Source: a virus
Lineage: Duplodnaviria > Caudoviricetes
IMG/VR virus record: IMGVR_UViG_2864522212_000004
Coordinates: 72,255 to 136,254 of that record
Strand: one strand, 5' to 3'
Length of the DNA: 64,000 bases
A program made the position numbers and the translations under genes. Below the pieces are notes generated by a model. It was not told the origin of the DNA. It searched no databases and saw nothing but the letters and a program-made list of their open reading frames with translations. Positions 1 through 9,977 of this stretch are shown in pieces; within the stretch, counting starts at the first letter, position 1; each line of letters starts with the position of its first letter.

Positions 1-11
1 TCGGCGCATCG

Positions 12-404
12 GTGCTGCTGCCGTTCGTCGCCCTCGCGCTCATGTCCCCGGCCGAGAACTGGAACCCCCGAGGCCCGAAGCCGAAGACCATGGACGAGTA
101 TGTGGGCGACGTGTGGAATCTCGATGGTCTCGCGATCGCCGAACCCGGATATATGGACCCGTTGTCCGGTTTCCCCCGAATCAAAGGATCCTACCGGGTT
201 TCATGGAAGCGGAACGGGCGGCGCGTCGAAGGCACGCTGGACATCGACGGGGCAAACGTCGAACTACGCGATAACCAAGGGATGATTGTTTCCCCGGTGA
301 ATCCAGGGACACCGGTGTCAACGACCGCAATGACGAGCATTGCGGCTTGTCCCTGTCCGGTAGTGCCAGTGAACGGCTGTAACCGTTCTCCTACCTTTAA
401 TTGA
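12..404 (+). CDS. Hypothetical membrane-anchored protein; probably 5'-truncated by the window edge, 3' end replaced by the IS insertion at 317
   Basis: Hydrophobic N-terminus. The ORF runs into the IS right end; removing the IS restores an in-frame tail ending at TAG 1740-1742. Confidence 0.5.
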   Translation: MLLPFVALALMSPAENWNPRGPKPKTMDEYVGDVWNLDGLAIAEPGYMDPLSGFPRIKGSYRVSWKRNGRRVEGTLDIDGANVELRDNQGMIVSPVNPGTPVSTTAMTSIAACPCPVVPVNGCNRSPTFN

Positions 405-470
405 CGGAACATCATAGGGTGGTTGACTGCACCCTTACGCCGTCAGTCATGCTGGCGGCGTACTGCGAGT
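297..470 (-). ncRNA. Predicted TnpB omega/reRNA (scaffold ending at 317, guide about 316-297); 5' boundary approximate
   Basis: Structured right end overlapping the tnpB 3' end, matching the established TnpB reRNA architecture. Confidence 0.55.
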
Positions 471-1708
471 TCAAAAGGTCGTAGCCTTTGTGTCGCAGGT
501 TCATCGCGGCTATCCGGTCGTCGTTGGACCGGTATCCGCAGTTGCGGCAGACATACAGGTGGCGTTTCTTGTCACGGTTGGCTTTGCGGATTTTCCCGCA
601 TTTCGGGCAGGTCTGGCTTGTGTAGGCCGGGTCAACGAACACGACTTTCTGACCGTTGCGTTTCGCCTTGTATTCGACCATCTGCTGGAATTGGTGGAAA
701 CTCCAACTGACCTGAACATACCTGTCCTTGACCCTGACCTGTTCGGTCGCATTGCGGATTCCCGTAAGGTCTTCGAGAACGAACATCGTATCCCTGTCGT
801 AATGGTTGACGAGTGCCTTAGACGCCTGATGGTTCACATCAGTCATCCAACGGTTTTCTCTGTCGCCTATGGTCTTGAGTCGTCTGCGGGCGCTTCGGGT
901 GCCGCGTTTCTGCAACTGTTGACGGAGCCGCTTGTATTTGCCGCGCTTGCTTTTCACCTCCCCTCCATGTTGGAAGACGGTGGTTTCGCCGTCATAACTG
1001 GTGGCGAGCATTCGGATGCCCAAGTCCACGCCCACTATGTTTTTGGGGCTTGGGGTTGGGTCGGGAACCTGTAGGATGATGGGAATATGCAGGTACCATT
1101 TGCCTCGTTTCGATATCAGTCGGGCGGTACCGAAACGTGCCGTACGGTATTCGTCCGGGATTCCCTTCCATTGGGCTTTCACTTTGATTCTCCCGTCCAT
1201 GACGGGAAGGCTGAACATTCCCGTCATGGACGAATAGGAGTAGTCGCGGTTCCACAGCAGGTCAACACCGGCGGACGAGTACTTTGGTCTGGTGGAATAG
1301 TATGCCGTCCTCTTTCTCTTGGGGTTTTCTCCGTTCCGGCGTTCCATGCGCGAGTGAATTGCCTTGTAGGACGCGATGACCCGCCGTATCGAAGATTGGG
1401 TCATCTGGGCCAACAGTCCGTATTTGTCGCGTAGCGGGTGATAGATAGCCTCGTTGATTTTCCTCTGGCTGAGGGTGTGGTGTTCTCCAATCCAATCGGA
1501 TACTTCGTTGCAACAGGAGGTGTAATTGTCACATAGGCGGTTAAGGGCTTCAGACTCGTGTTTGTTGGTCGTGAGCTTGACTTTCATGGTCAATGCGAGT
1601 TCCATCATATGCTTCACCTCCAATAAAAAACATTATATCATAATGTTAGTGGAAAGGAAAGGCATTCACCCACGACCACAAGGGTCGTGGGACCCTGCCT
1701 AAAAAATT
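317..1708 (-). mobile_element. IS200/IS605-family element, tnpB only (IS1341-like)
   Basis: Left-end hairpin (cccacgacc..ggtcgtggg, about 1660-1700) follows CCAT on the minus strand. Right-end hairpin ccgcaatg-ctcgt-cattgcgg is followed by gttgac, ending at 317. Confidence 0.8.
412..1623 (-). CDS. tnpB: RNA-guided endonuclease TnpB
   Basis: RuvC-I VGVDLG, RuvC-II VLEDL, Zn finger CPKCG/CRNCG, RuvC-III NDDRIAAMNL. Confidence 0.95.
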   Translation of the reverse strand: MEVKHMMELALTMKVKLTTNKHESEALNRLCDNYTSCCNEVSDWIGEHHTLSQRKINEAIYHPLRDKYGLLAQMTQSSIRRVIASYKAIHSRMERRNGENPKRKRTAYYSTRPKYSSAGVDLLWNRDYSYSSMTGMFSLPVMDGRIKVKAQWKGIPDEYRTARFGTARLISKRGKWYLHIPIILQVPDPTPSPKNIVGVDLGIRMLATSYDGETTVFQHGGEVKSKRGKYKRLRQQLQKRGTRSARRRLKTIGDRENRWMTDVNHQASKALVNHYDRDTMFVLEDLTGIRNATEQVRVKDRYVQVSWSFHQFQQMVEYKAKRNGQKVVFVDPAYTSQTCPKCGKIRKANRDKKRHLYVCRNCGYRSNDDRIAAMNLRHKGYDLLNSQYAASMTDGVRVQSTTL

Positions 1709-1745
1709 ATGGAAGCCGGGCGCGAAACATTCGAAAGGGTAGCCG

Positions 1746-2012
1746 ATGGAATTCACCGACAGCGGCGAACTGCGCCGGCAGATTCTCGCCAACCAATATC
1801 TGCCCGAACATCTGCGCGAACGGGCGAAGAACGATACAAGCGAATACTGCCGTGCCGAGGATGCCGACAATCTGCTGGAAGTCGACCGGCTCACGGGCAA
1901 CGGGCTCATCCGCTTCTATATGGAGGCCGGCAACGGTTCCATGCAGGTGGACGTGCCCGAGGAGACCGCCCGAAGCATCGCCCGGTGGATCCTCGACCAT
2001 ACGGACGAGTGA
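1746..2012 (+). CDS. Hypothetical protein
   Basis: ORF with RBS-like aaaggg and typical codon usage. Confidence 0.7.
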   Translation: MEFTDSGELRRQILANQYLPEHLRERAKNDTSEYCRAEDADNLLEVDRLTGNGLIRFYMEAGNGSMQVDVPEETARSIARWILDHTDE

Positions 2013-2013
2013 A

Positions 2014-2349
2014 GGAGGCAGAAACAAAGAACAGTGCTGGACACTTGCACAGCGACTCCTCTCTGAAGTCGACCTAGATTGTTCCGACGAATGGCATGAG
2101 TATTGGGGGGAGAATGCGCCGCTTTTGGAGGACTCTGCTGATCTTGCTGAAGCCGAGCAAGCTGAAACTGATCGGATTCGCAGCGAGCAGATGCGTGCTG
2201 CAGCCAAGCGGATTGCCGCCGGCATGCCGGAACCGGGTGGGGAGATTCATGTCGATTCGTACCGGAAAGCGGATGGTACCGTTGTGCGGGGATACACGTC
2301 GGAGACGTTCGCGCTAAAAGCGGCGTGCAATCCGCTTGCCGATGATTAA
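2014..2349 (+). CDS. Hypothetical protein or fragment with HVDSYRKADGTVVRGY motif; start uncertain
   Basis: The C-terminal half of ORF 1687-2349 looks protein-like. Confidence 0.35.
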   Translation, partial: GGRNKEQCWTLAQRLLSEVDLDCSDEWHEYWGENAPLLEDSADLAEAEQAETDRIRSEQMRAAAKRIAAGMPEPGGEIHVDSYRKADGTVVRGYTSETFALKAACNPLADD

Positions 2350-2768
2350 TACTCCATGGTTTGCCCGTAGTCGTCGTATTGTTCTTCCGTCTCGGCTTTG
2401 CGCCGGCCTTTTTCCTGTATTTCGCTGGTTTGGTCGGCGCCGCTGATTTCGGTGCGTCGGCCGATCCAACCGATGATGGTGAATGTGATGCAGAAGATGA
2501 TGAGCAGTGTGCCGATGATGGCGATGATGCCGAGGATTCGACCGTAGCTGTGTGCTTGGCCGGTCAACCATTGGATGACATTCGCCGCTGTCATGTCGTT
2601 CGCGTATTCGGGACTGTCCAATAATAGTTCTGCACGTTGGTTGTTGATGCCGAGAAAATAGGATGCGTAGCCGACTAGGGGAGCGGCCACTGCGGTCAGT
2701 ATTCCTGCAGCCCACATGAGGAACTGGTATCGGTTATACCATTTACTGATTTTCCAAAAAATACCCAT
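2346..2768 (-). CDS. Membrane protein (2 TM)
   Basis: Two hydrophobic segments and an acidic tail. Confidence 0.75.
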   Translation of the reverse strand: MGIFWKISKWYNRYQFLMWAAGILTAVAAPLVGYASYFLGINNQRAELLLDSPEYANDMTAANVIQWLTGQAHSYGRILGIIAIIGTLLIIFCITFTIIGWIGRRTEISGADQTSEIQEKGRRKAETEEQYDDYGQTMEY

Positions 2769-2960
2769 GACCCCATTGAACCAGTCAAAGGCAAAGAGAA
2801 GCCCCTAAAGTCCTAAGATATTCAATCTTCCGTTTGAGCTTTAGCAATGCCCTTTTTCATTCCTCTGGTCGGGCTCATCCTGTGGATGATCTGGAAGAAC
2901 GACCGTCCAAGGGACGCGGGCATGGCAGGTCGGCTTCCCGGGACAAAACCGAACCAATAT

Positions 2961-2976
2961 TCGAACAGATGTTCTA
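2961..2976. promoter_or_regulatory. LexA (SOS) box
   Basis: TCGAACagatGTTCTA, one mismatch to the actinobacterial consensus TCGAAC-N4-GTTCGA; intergenic. Confidence 0.65.
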
Positions 2977-3054
2977 TTACGGTGGGGGCGGACGCCCCGC
3001 ACCGGCCGACGGGAACGCCACGGCCGACGCGGAGCACGCCGCGTTCCAGCAACA

Positions 3055-3077
3055 TGGTGGTACAATTTCTTGTACAA
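3055..3077 (+). promoter_or_regulatory. yefM-yoeB promoter/operator
   Basis: Extended -10 TGgTACAAT overlapping GGTACA (3059) and TGTACA (3071) cores 12 bp apart, as in YefM operators. Confidence 0.65.
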
Positions 3078-3091
3078 ATAGGAGGTGCGTG

Positions 3092-3358
3092 ATGACACAG
3101 GCCGTGGCCTACAGCAATTTCAGGGCGAATCTCAAGACCTACATGCGCAGGGTCAACGAGGACGCCGACACCCTTCTCGTGACCAACGCGAACCCGGAGG
3201 ACAACGTGGTCGTCATGAGCGCCGACGACTACGATTCGCTCATGGAGACGCTGCGCGTCTACCAGAACCCATATCTGAGCGACAAGGTGATGCGCGGCAT
3301 GGCGCAGGTACGGCAGGGCCAGACGATGGCCCACGACCTTGTCGAAGCGGGCGCGTGA
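3092..3358 (+). CDS. yefM: Antitoxin YefM (Phd/YefM family)
   Basis: MTQAVAYSNFRANLKTYM..VVVMSADDYDSLMETL; RBS GGAGG upstream. Confidence 0.92.
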   Translation: MTQAVAYSNFRANLKTYMRRVNEDADTLLVTNANPEDNVVVMSADDYDSLMETLRVYQNPYLSDKVMRGMAQVRQGQTMAHDLVEAGA

Positions 3359-3612
3359 TGCTGCTCTGCTGGACCGAAGACGCCTGGGCCGACTACCTGT
3401 ACTGGCAATCCCAGGACCGCAGGACCCTCAAACGCGTCAACACGCTCATCCGGGACATGCAGCGTACCCCGTTCGAAGGCATCGGCAAGCCCGAACCCCT
3501 CAAATGGGGCCTGTCCGGCGCATGGTCGCGGCGCATCGACTCAGCCAACCGCATCATCTACACCGTCGCCGACGACAGGCTCTGCATCCTCTCCGCGAAG
3601 GACCACTACTGA
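3358..3612 (+). CDS. yoeB: Toxin YoeB/Txe
   Basis: AWADYLYWQ..PFEGIGKPEPLK..WSRRID..HY; translationally coupled to yefM. Confidence 0.95.
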   Translation: MLLCWTEDAWADYLYWQSQDRRTLKRVNTLIRDMQRTPFEGIGKPEPLKWGLSGAWSRRIDSANRIIYTVADDRLCILSAKDHY

Positions 3613-3781
3613 ACGACATGGGGCGGAACGGCTCGTGTGCCTTATCGACGCTTTCGCCAGGCCGCGAACAGTCCCGCCGCCAATGATTCTCCGAACAAAG
3701 CTTGACGCCGTCGGCAACGCGAAGAGGTGGCGCATTCCGCGAAGACGGGAAGCGCCCACCCTTTTGGGATGGAAGAGAGAA

Positions 3782-4801
3782 TCAGCTGCAGGGTACCTGG
3801 ACGCCTGGTTTGCCACTGGTATCAACCGCCCAGCAAATATCCTCGTACCCGTCATCACCGCCGCCGCCCTGGGACGGCTGTGGCGCGGGCTGCGGCTGTG
3901 GCGTCGGCGTATAACCGCCTCCGGTCGAACCACCTGTGGACTGCTGTGGAGTGTACGTGTAGCCGCCACCGCCCTGGGATTGCGTGTAGCCGCCACCGGT
4001 GTATCCGGTGTATCCTCCGGTTGTTCCACCCATGTAGGAGCCGCTGTTATCCGCCTGCGCCTGGGCGGCATTGTCGGCCGCTTGCTCCTCCTTTTCGGCC
4101 TTGGCCTTCGCGTCCGCGTCCGACTTGGCTTTGATGGAGTCGTTGACCGCCTTCACCGCATCCGAGATCGCCTTCCCGTCCCTCGATCTGATGGCGTCCT
4201 CCAATGCGGCGCGAACCTTGTCGTCCTCCACCCTGCCCTTCGAATCATTCAGGATCTTGGTCGCGTCGGCAACGATCTTGTCGAGTTTCGAACCGTTCAC
4301 GGCATCCGCCCTGTCCGCGACCTCGCTCACGGTCCTGGAATATGCGGTCGCAAGACCGTCGATCTCCTTCGTCATCGCCCTGATATCAGTCAGATTGCCG
4401 GAGGGGCATTCCGGAATGGTCGTCTTCGTCTTCTCGGCGGTCTTCACGGTCGAGGTCAATACGGCGACCGTTTTCGCGTCCTTGACCTCCGAATCCTTGA
4501 CCGTGATTGCGGTCTTCACCGCATCCGACTCCAGATACTCCGTCAGCTTCTTCTGCGCCTTCACCGCCTTGTCGTATGAGGTGGCGCATTCCTCTGAAGC
4601 CGCCGTCAACTGATTATGGTTCCAATACAGGTATCCACCGGTGCCGACAGCCGCCAAAACAACGACGGCAGTACCCCCAGCAATCAACGGAACCAGCCAC
4701 TTCGGATGCTTACGATCCGGAGGTAGGTGGACTTCGAATTCCGTCACCGGCTCAACCGGTGGCGTGACGTTCATGTTCATAGGTTCTTCTTTCTCATTCA
4801 T
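3782..4801 (-). CDS. Membrane-anchored extracellular coiled-coil protein with Gly/Thr/Pro-rich tail
   Basis: One N-terminal TM helix, helical body, low-complexity tail. Confidence 0.8.
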   Translation of the reverse strand: MNEKEEPMNMNVTPPVEPVTEFEVHLPPDRKHPKWLVPLIAGGTAVVVLAAVGTGGYLYWNHNQLTAASEECATSYDKAVKAQKKLTEYLESDAVKTAITVKDSEVKDAKTVAVLTSTVKTAEKTKTTIPECPSGNLTDIRAMTKEIDGLATAYSRTVSEVADRADAVNGSKLDKIVADATKILNDSKGRVEDDKVRAALEDAIRSRDGKAISDAVKAVNDSIKAKSDADAKAKAEKEEQAADNAAQAQADNSGSYMGGTTGGYTGYTGGGYTQSQGGGGYTYTPQQSTGGSTGGGYTPTPQPQPAPQPSQGGGGDDGYEDICWAVDTSGKPGVQVPCS

Positions 4802-5065
4802 TTGTCTTTCCTTATACTATGTCGGTCAGGCTGAACCGTGTCTCCAATACACGGTCGCCGTCCAGGCCTTGTTTCGTGGACAATTTCAGAATGCATCCAA
4901 TGATATGCGCTTGCAAGCGCAACGGTAAGGTGGCCGCTCACAAAAAATATCGGTCAATTTCAATAAAAAACCGGTTAATTACAAGATTTGACGTTATGGT
5001 AAAAACCGCAAGAGTCCAGTGACCATCACTGGTGACAAAATATCCTTCCTATCAGAGGAGACGAT

Positions 5066-8035
5066 ATGGGGAGAAACAACAATCCCACTCGCGGTTCCAC
5101 AATCCGACATGTGGTCCGCACGATCGCGGCGGCCAGTGCGGCCGTCGCCACTTTGGCGGCGGGGTTGCTCGTCGCGGGCACGGCCGACGCGGCCACCATG
5201 CGCGACCCGTTCGAACGCTCCATCCAGAACGGCAACCCCGGTTTGTGGACGAACGTGGGCACGATCACGTTCAGCAACGGGAAGAAGTACGAGAACATGG
5301 CGCAGTCGCTGGGCGTCGTCGACAGGGTCAACGGCAAGAACACGTACTGCATCGAGGCCGGCACGCTCTACACGGGCACGACGGGCGACTGGGGCGACTG
5401 GACGGACGAGCGGACGAAACCGGACGCGCAGCGGCTCGCCTGGCTGGCCGACAGGTACAACGGGGACCGGGATGATCTCACGCAGGCCGCGATCGCGGGC
5501 CTCATCCACCAGAAGCTCGACCCGATGGGCAACGAATACCTGAGCGGCCTCCGGCAGCTCGGCTGGGCGGACGAGCCCAGCTGGGACGCGTACACGGCGA
5601 AGATGAACAGCCTGTGGACGGAGGCGGTCAACGGCACGCCCAAGGACCTCGACATGCAATACCGGTACACGACCGGCAAAAGGAAAGGCCTAGTCACCCC
5701 GAGCATCATGAACGGGAACGGCGTCGAAATCGCGGGCATCCAGTACACCGTGACCCTGAAGGGCCCGGCCGTGTTCGACCAGACCGGCACGAACACGATC
5801 AGCGGCACCACCACGAACGAGGCCATCCACCTGTCATGGACCGCAACAGGCAATGGCAAGGTTACTAGCATTGTTCAGCATAAGATCCCGAAGGCCACCA
5901 GACTGGAATCCCCGAACCAGAACCTGATGGGCCCGACCGACCCCCAGACCGTGTCGAAGAACATCCAGTTCGAGGTGCTGAACAACTTCAAGCCGACCAT
6001 CCAGTCCGACCAGTCGGACCATCGCATCGAATACGGGCATGCGCCCGAGGATGATCTGACCTGGCATGTGGACCCGACGGGCGGCGACTGGATCCAGGGC
6101 GCGACCATCAAGAGCACCGGCACCCTCTACTACTTCGCGAAGAAGCCGGTCGAGGGCCGGACGACCGTCAAGGATGGGGTGAAGGCCGCGACCGCGACCG
6201 TCGCCGGCGACAGGGACGGTGCCACCAGTCATGTGGACGCCTCCTCCATCGCCATGGACCCCGGTTTCGTGAAGGCCCACCCGGGAGCCACCCCGTCGAG
6301 CCTGCCCGCCACCGGCTGGTACACGTGGGTGTGGGAGATCACGCCCGGCATGCAGGACGCCAACATGAGGCAGTACCTGTCCCCGGACTACGACTGGTCT
6401 GACAACGTGCTGGAAGCGGAGACCACGCTGCACGTGCGCGGCATGCAGCCGACCATCACGTCCAGCGTGTCCGCCGCCTACAGGACCGACCAGAGCAAGG
6501 TGACCGGCGCCGACGGCATCGAACGGCCCGCCGTCCAGATCGGCTCCGCGGCCGCGTCCGACAGGACCGATGTCGTCTACCTTGAAAAGGGCGGCGTCAT
6601 CCGCGACAAGGTCACGCTGGGCGTGTCCGACGTGAACGGTGACGGCAAGACCGACACCGCCGACTGGCTGCACACCAAGGACGGCCAGGGCGAAGGCAGG
6701 GAAACGGAAGCCAACCAGATCACCATCCGCGTGAACGGCACGCTCTACGGGGGCATGACCCGCGAACAGGCCGAACAGGCGCAGAAGGATACCGCCGCAG
6801 GCAAGACCGTCGAACTGCCCAAGCAGGCCGTGAAGCTCGCCACCACCACGTTCACGACGAACAAGGCCGGCGACTACCTCCTGTCCAGCAGGAAGGGCGA
6901 GAGGCCTGCCGGCGTGTGGAAGGCCGAAAACGGGATCGACCTGACGAACCCGCCATCCGGATACGCGACGTTCGTGTACGACATCGCCAACAGGGACCAG
7001 GACACGAAAAACCAGACCGGCATCGAACCGTCCAGGGACTACCCGTTCGCCAAGGACGTGCACGAAGCCCCGTTCACGGCGGATGAGACCGTCATGTTCC
7101 GCCTCACCCCGAAGCTCGACTCCACAGTGTCCAGCAAGGAAGTCAAGGCGGGGGAGACCACCGTCGACAAGCTCGTCGTCGCCAAGACCAACGAAAAGGA
7201 CGTGTGGCCCACCTACCCGGAGACCAACGTCACCGAAGGCGAAACCCCGAAGGGCACCCCGCTGAGCCTCGACTTCCACGGCGTCCTCTACAAGGTGAGT
7301 GACGACCCGTCCGCCGCGATCGAGGAAACCGACACCGTGCCCGAAAACGCGGTGAAGGTTCACGAAACCGACATCAAGGATGTCACCAAGTTCGGCACCT
7401 ACACGACCGACTCGTTCACCCTGACCGAATCGGGCACCTACGCTTGGCATTGGGTCATGACACCGAGCCTGACCGGCGACCAGAACCATAATCCGCTCGC
7501 CGCCCTCGCATGGCGTCAGCTCACCCACGGCAAGGTGCAGCACGCTTTCGGACTCGCATCCGAGATCGTGCGCGTCCGGAAGCCTGAAACACCGAAGTGC
7601 GAGGTGTCCACAAAGTCGCAGGGTGAGGTCACGTTCGAAAACGGCAAGGCCGACCTGCACGATGAGCTCCTGCTTAAGAACTGCTCGGATGCGGCCAAGG
7701 CTGAATTCGAATTGTGGAGGCAGGCCGACGGCGACCAGTCGGGAGACGTGCTCATCACCGTCACCGGCAAGGTCGACGCGAAGGACGGCATCCACTCGCC
7801 GACCGTGACCGTGCATGAAACCGGCACCTACTACTGGCGTGAGAAGGTGTACGACCAGACGGGCAAGCTTATCTCCTATGGTGACGCGCGCAAACCGAAC
7901 GAGACTGTGCTCGTCAAGGAGAAGGGTCTCGCCTCCACCGGTGTCGGCACCCCGATGCTCCTGTGGGCCGGGGTCCTCGCCGGAGCTGGTATCGCTCTCG
8001 CTCTGGCTGGTTCGAGGAAGCGTATCCGCCTGTAA
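5066..8035 (+). CDS. Cell-wall-anchored adhesin with putative N-terminal thioester (TED/TQXA) domain
   Basis: Signal peptide, YCIE, TQAAI and QNLM motifs, Ig-like repeats, LASTG + TM + basic tail. Confidence 0.85.
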   Translation: MGRNNNPTRGSTIRHVVRTIAAASAAVATLAAGLLVAGTADAATMRDPFERSIQNGNPGLWTNVGTITFSNGKKYENMAQSLGVVDRVNGKNTYCIEAGTLYTGTTGDWGDWTDERTKPDAQRLAWLADRYNGDRDDLTQAAIAGLIHQKLDPMGNEYLSGLRQLGWADEPSWDAYTAKMNSLWTEAVNGTPKDLDMQYRYTTGKRKGLVTPSIMNGNGVEIAGIQYTVTLKGPAVFDQTGTNTISGTTTNEAIHLSWTATGNGKVTSIVQHKIPKATRLESPNQNLMGPTDPQTVSKNIQFEVLNNFKPTIQSDQSDHRIEYGHAPEDDLTWHVDPTGGDWIQGATIKSTGTLYYFAKKPVEGRTTVKDGVKAATATVAGDRDGATSHVDASSIAMDPGFVKAHPGATPSSLPATGWYTWVWEITPGMQDANMRQYLSPDYDWSDNVLEAETTLHVRGMQPTITSSVSAAYRTDQSKVTGADGIERPAVQIGSAAASDRTDVVYLEKGGVIRDKVTLGVSDVNGDGKTDTADWLHTKDGQGEGRETEANQITIRVNGTLYGGMTREQAEQAQKDTAAGKTVELPKQAVKLATTTFTTNKAGDYLLSSRKGERPAGVWKAENGIDLTNPPSGYATFVYDIANRDQDTKNQTGIEPSRDYPFAKDVHEAPFTADETVMFRLTPKLDSTVSSKEVKAGETTVDKLVVAKTNEKDVWPTYPETNVTEGETPKGTPLSLDFHGVLYKVSDDPSAAIEETDTVPENAVKVHETDIKDVTKFGTYTTDSFTLTESGTYAWHWVMTPSLTGDQNHNPLAALAWRQLTHGKVQHAFGLASEIVRVRKPETPKCEVSTKSQGEVTFENGKADLHDELLLKNCSDAAKAEFELWRQADGDQSGDVLITVTGKVDAKDGIHSPTVTVHETGTYYWREKVYDQTGKLISYGDARKPNETVLVKEKGLASTGVGTPMLLWAGVLAGAGIALALAGSRKRIRL

Positions 8036-8064
8036 GGCGGTCACGCTGATCGGATAGAAACCTT

Positions 8065-8100
8065 GATGGGCTCATTCCGCCGTAGTGGAGTGAGCCCATC
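8065..8100 (+). terminator. Hairpin terminator
   Basis: gatgggctcattcc..ggagtgagcccatc directly after the stop codon. Confidence 0.65.
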
Positions 8101-8237
8101 CTGCTAAAAGGGGTATGTCGGATTGGTATCAGGTTTTTCTCCTCTGTCCTGATGCTTATCCGACATGCCTTTTCTTCGTATATGCTTGTTATACTGAATA
8201 TGTTCACATAGAAAAAAAATAAGGAGACCAGGAACCC

Positions 8238-8828
8238 ATGGCAGGAGAGCCGACACTCACACTCGCAGGCAATATCACAGCAAACCCCGAGCAGAGGGGA
8301 GATACGGTCACTTTCACCATCGCGCACAATACGCGTCGACGTGACCGTAACGGGCAGACCGTGGATGGGGATGCCGTATTCATGCGATGCGCAGCATTCG
8401 GAGACCTCGCCCAGAACATCATGCGCTCCTGCTATAAGGGCATGCGCGTGGTAGCCACCGGTTACATGAAAACCAACAATTGGACGGACAAGACCACCGG
8501 CCAACAGCGTAGCAATCTTGAAATGATCGTCACCGATTTGGGTGTCAGCCTCCGGTTCGGCGTCACGCAATTTCAGAAGACCAGCGGCCAACAGTCCAAC
8601 GGCAACGGCTACCGGCAGAACAATTACGGCGGCGGATACCAGCAGCCGAACAACGGCTATCAGCAAGGCGCATACAACAACTACCAGCAGCAGGGTTACA
8701 GCCAACAGGCTCCCGCACAGACACCGGCGCAACCTGCAGCACCCTCACAGCCCGCAATGGATCCGTGGGCTACGACCACGCCAGCCAGCACGGATCCGAA
8801 CGGCGACGGCACCGACCCGGAATTCTAA
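8238..8828 (+). CDS. ssb: Single-stranded DNA-binding protein
   Basis: OB fold (LAGNITANPE..KGMRVVATG), Q/N/G-rich linker, acidic DPEF tail. Confidence 0.95.
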   Translation: MAGEPTLTLAGNITANPEQRGDTVTFTIAHNTRRRDRNGQTVDGDAVFMRCAAFGDLAQNIMRSCYKGMRVVATGYMKTNNWTDKTTGQQRSNLEMIVTDLGVSLRFGVTQFQKTSGQQSNGNGYRQNNYGGGYQQPNNGYQQGAYNNYQQQGYSQQAPAQTPAQPAAPSQPAMDPWATTTPASTDPNGDGTDPEF

Positions 8829-8840
8829 ACGGTTCCGACA

Positions 8841-9971
8841 TTGATCAACCTGGAAGATCTGGGCGACAACCTCCGCCTATACAAGGGGGATTGTCGCCGG
8901 CTCATCGCCTCCTTACCGGACAACAGCGTGGATTCCGTCGTTACCGACCCGCCGTATGAGATCGGTTTCATGAACCGCAGCTTCGATTCCACAGGCATCG
9001 CGTTCGACGTGGACCTGTGGAAGGATATCCTGCGCGTCCTGAAGCCGGGCGGGCATGTGGCGGCGTTCGCGGCCAGCCGCACCTATCATCGGCTGGCATG
9101 CGCCATCGAGGATGCGGGCTTCGAAATCCGCGACCAGATCGACTGGGTGTACGCGTCCGGCATGCCACACGGTTCGGATGCGACGCTCATGATCGACCGG
9201 GAACGCCGCGAGGATGTGGAGCCGACGCGATCCGAGACGGCGAAACCGTTCAAAGGCTGGTACAGCCAGCTGAAGCCCGCGCACGAACCCATCTGTCTGG
9301 CCCGCAAGCCGTTGGACGGGAATCTCGCCCACAATCTGCTCGGACATGGGACAGGCGCACTGCATATCGACGCATGCCGCGTCCCATTCCGCAACACGGC
9401 GGACGAGGCGGAGTCGAAGGGCAAGAACCAGCATGGACGGTTCGGCTCCGGGCCGAGAGACAACCATGTATATGGTGCGGACAAAGCGAATCGCACCGAC
9501 TACACGGCTGCCGCCCGTTTCACGCCGAACATGCTGTTCGACCAGTCCACGGCCAAGGAACTCGACCGACAGTCCGGCGTCACCGTCAGTCGAAAAGGCA
9601 AACCACGCGCAAGCACGAAACCCGGTGACGGCTGGGGCATGACCCATACCGGTGCCGAATATGACGATATGGGCGGCGCGAGTCGATTCTACCCGGTTTT
9701 CAGGTATTGTCCGAAAGCCTCATCGGCTGAGCGGCCGAAAGTCGACGGCATCCTCCATCCGACAGTCAAACCGGTCGAACTCATGCGCTGGCTTGTCCGT
9801 CTCGTCACCCCGGCGGATGGTCTCGTGCTGGAGCCGTTCGCCGGCAGCGGCACCACATTGGAAGCATGCCTACTCGAACACATGCAATGCACGGCAAGCG
9901 AACTCGATCCCGACTACATCAAGCTGATCCACGCACGACTCAGCAAACCAATACAAAACGAACTTTTCTAG
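8841..9971 (+). CDS. Orphan N6-adenine/N4-cytosine DNA methyltransferase (beta class)
   Basis: TDPPY motif IV precedes HPTVKP and EPFAGSGTT motif I; no adjacent endonuclease. Confidence 0.92.
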   Translation: MINLEDLGDNLRLYKGDCRRLIASLPDNSVDSVVTDPPYEIGFMNRSFDSTGIAFDVDLWKDILRVLKPGGHVAAFAASRTYHRLACAIEDAGFEIRDQIDWVYASGMPHGSDATLMIDRERREDVEPTRSETAKPFKGWYSQLKPAHEPICLARKPLDGNLAHNLLGHGTGALHIDACRVPFRNTADEAESKGKNQHGRFGSGPRDNHVYGADKANRTDYTAAARFTPNMLFDQSTAKELDRQSGVTVSRKGKPRASTKPGDGWGMTHTGAEYDDMGGASRFYPVFRYCPKASSAERPKVDGILHPTVKPVELMRWLVRLVTPADGLVLEPFAGSGTTLEACLLEHMQCTASELDPDYIKLIHARLSKPIQNELF

Positions 9972-9977
9972 AAAGAA

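Noticed and set aside
2834-3091. N-terminal extensions of the yefM and yoeB ORFs in the track
   Set aside because: The RBS, promoter and family length indicate starts at 3092 and 3358.
8841-9971. Restriction-modification system
   Set aside because: No adjacent restriction endonuclease; the ssb-MTase pairing fits plasmid self-protection.
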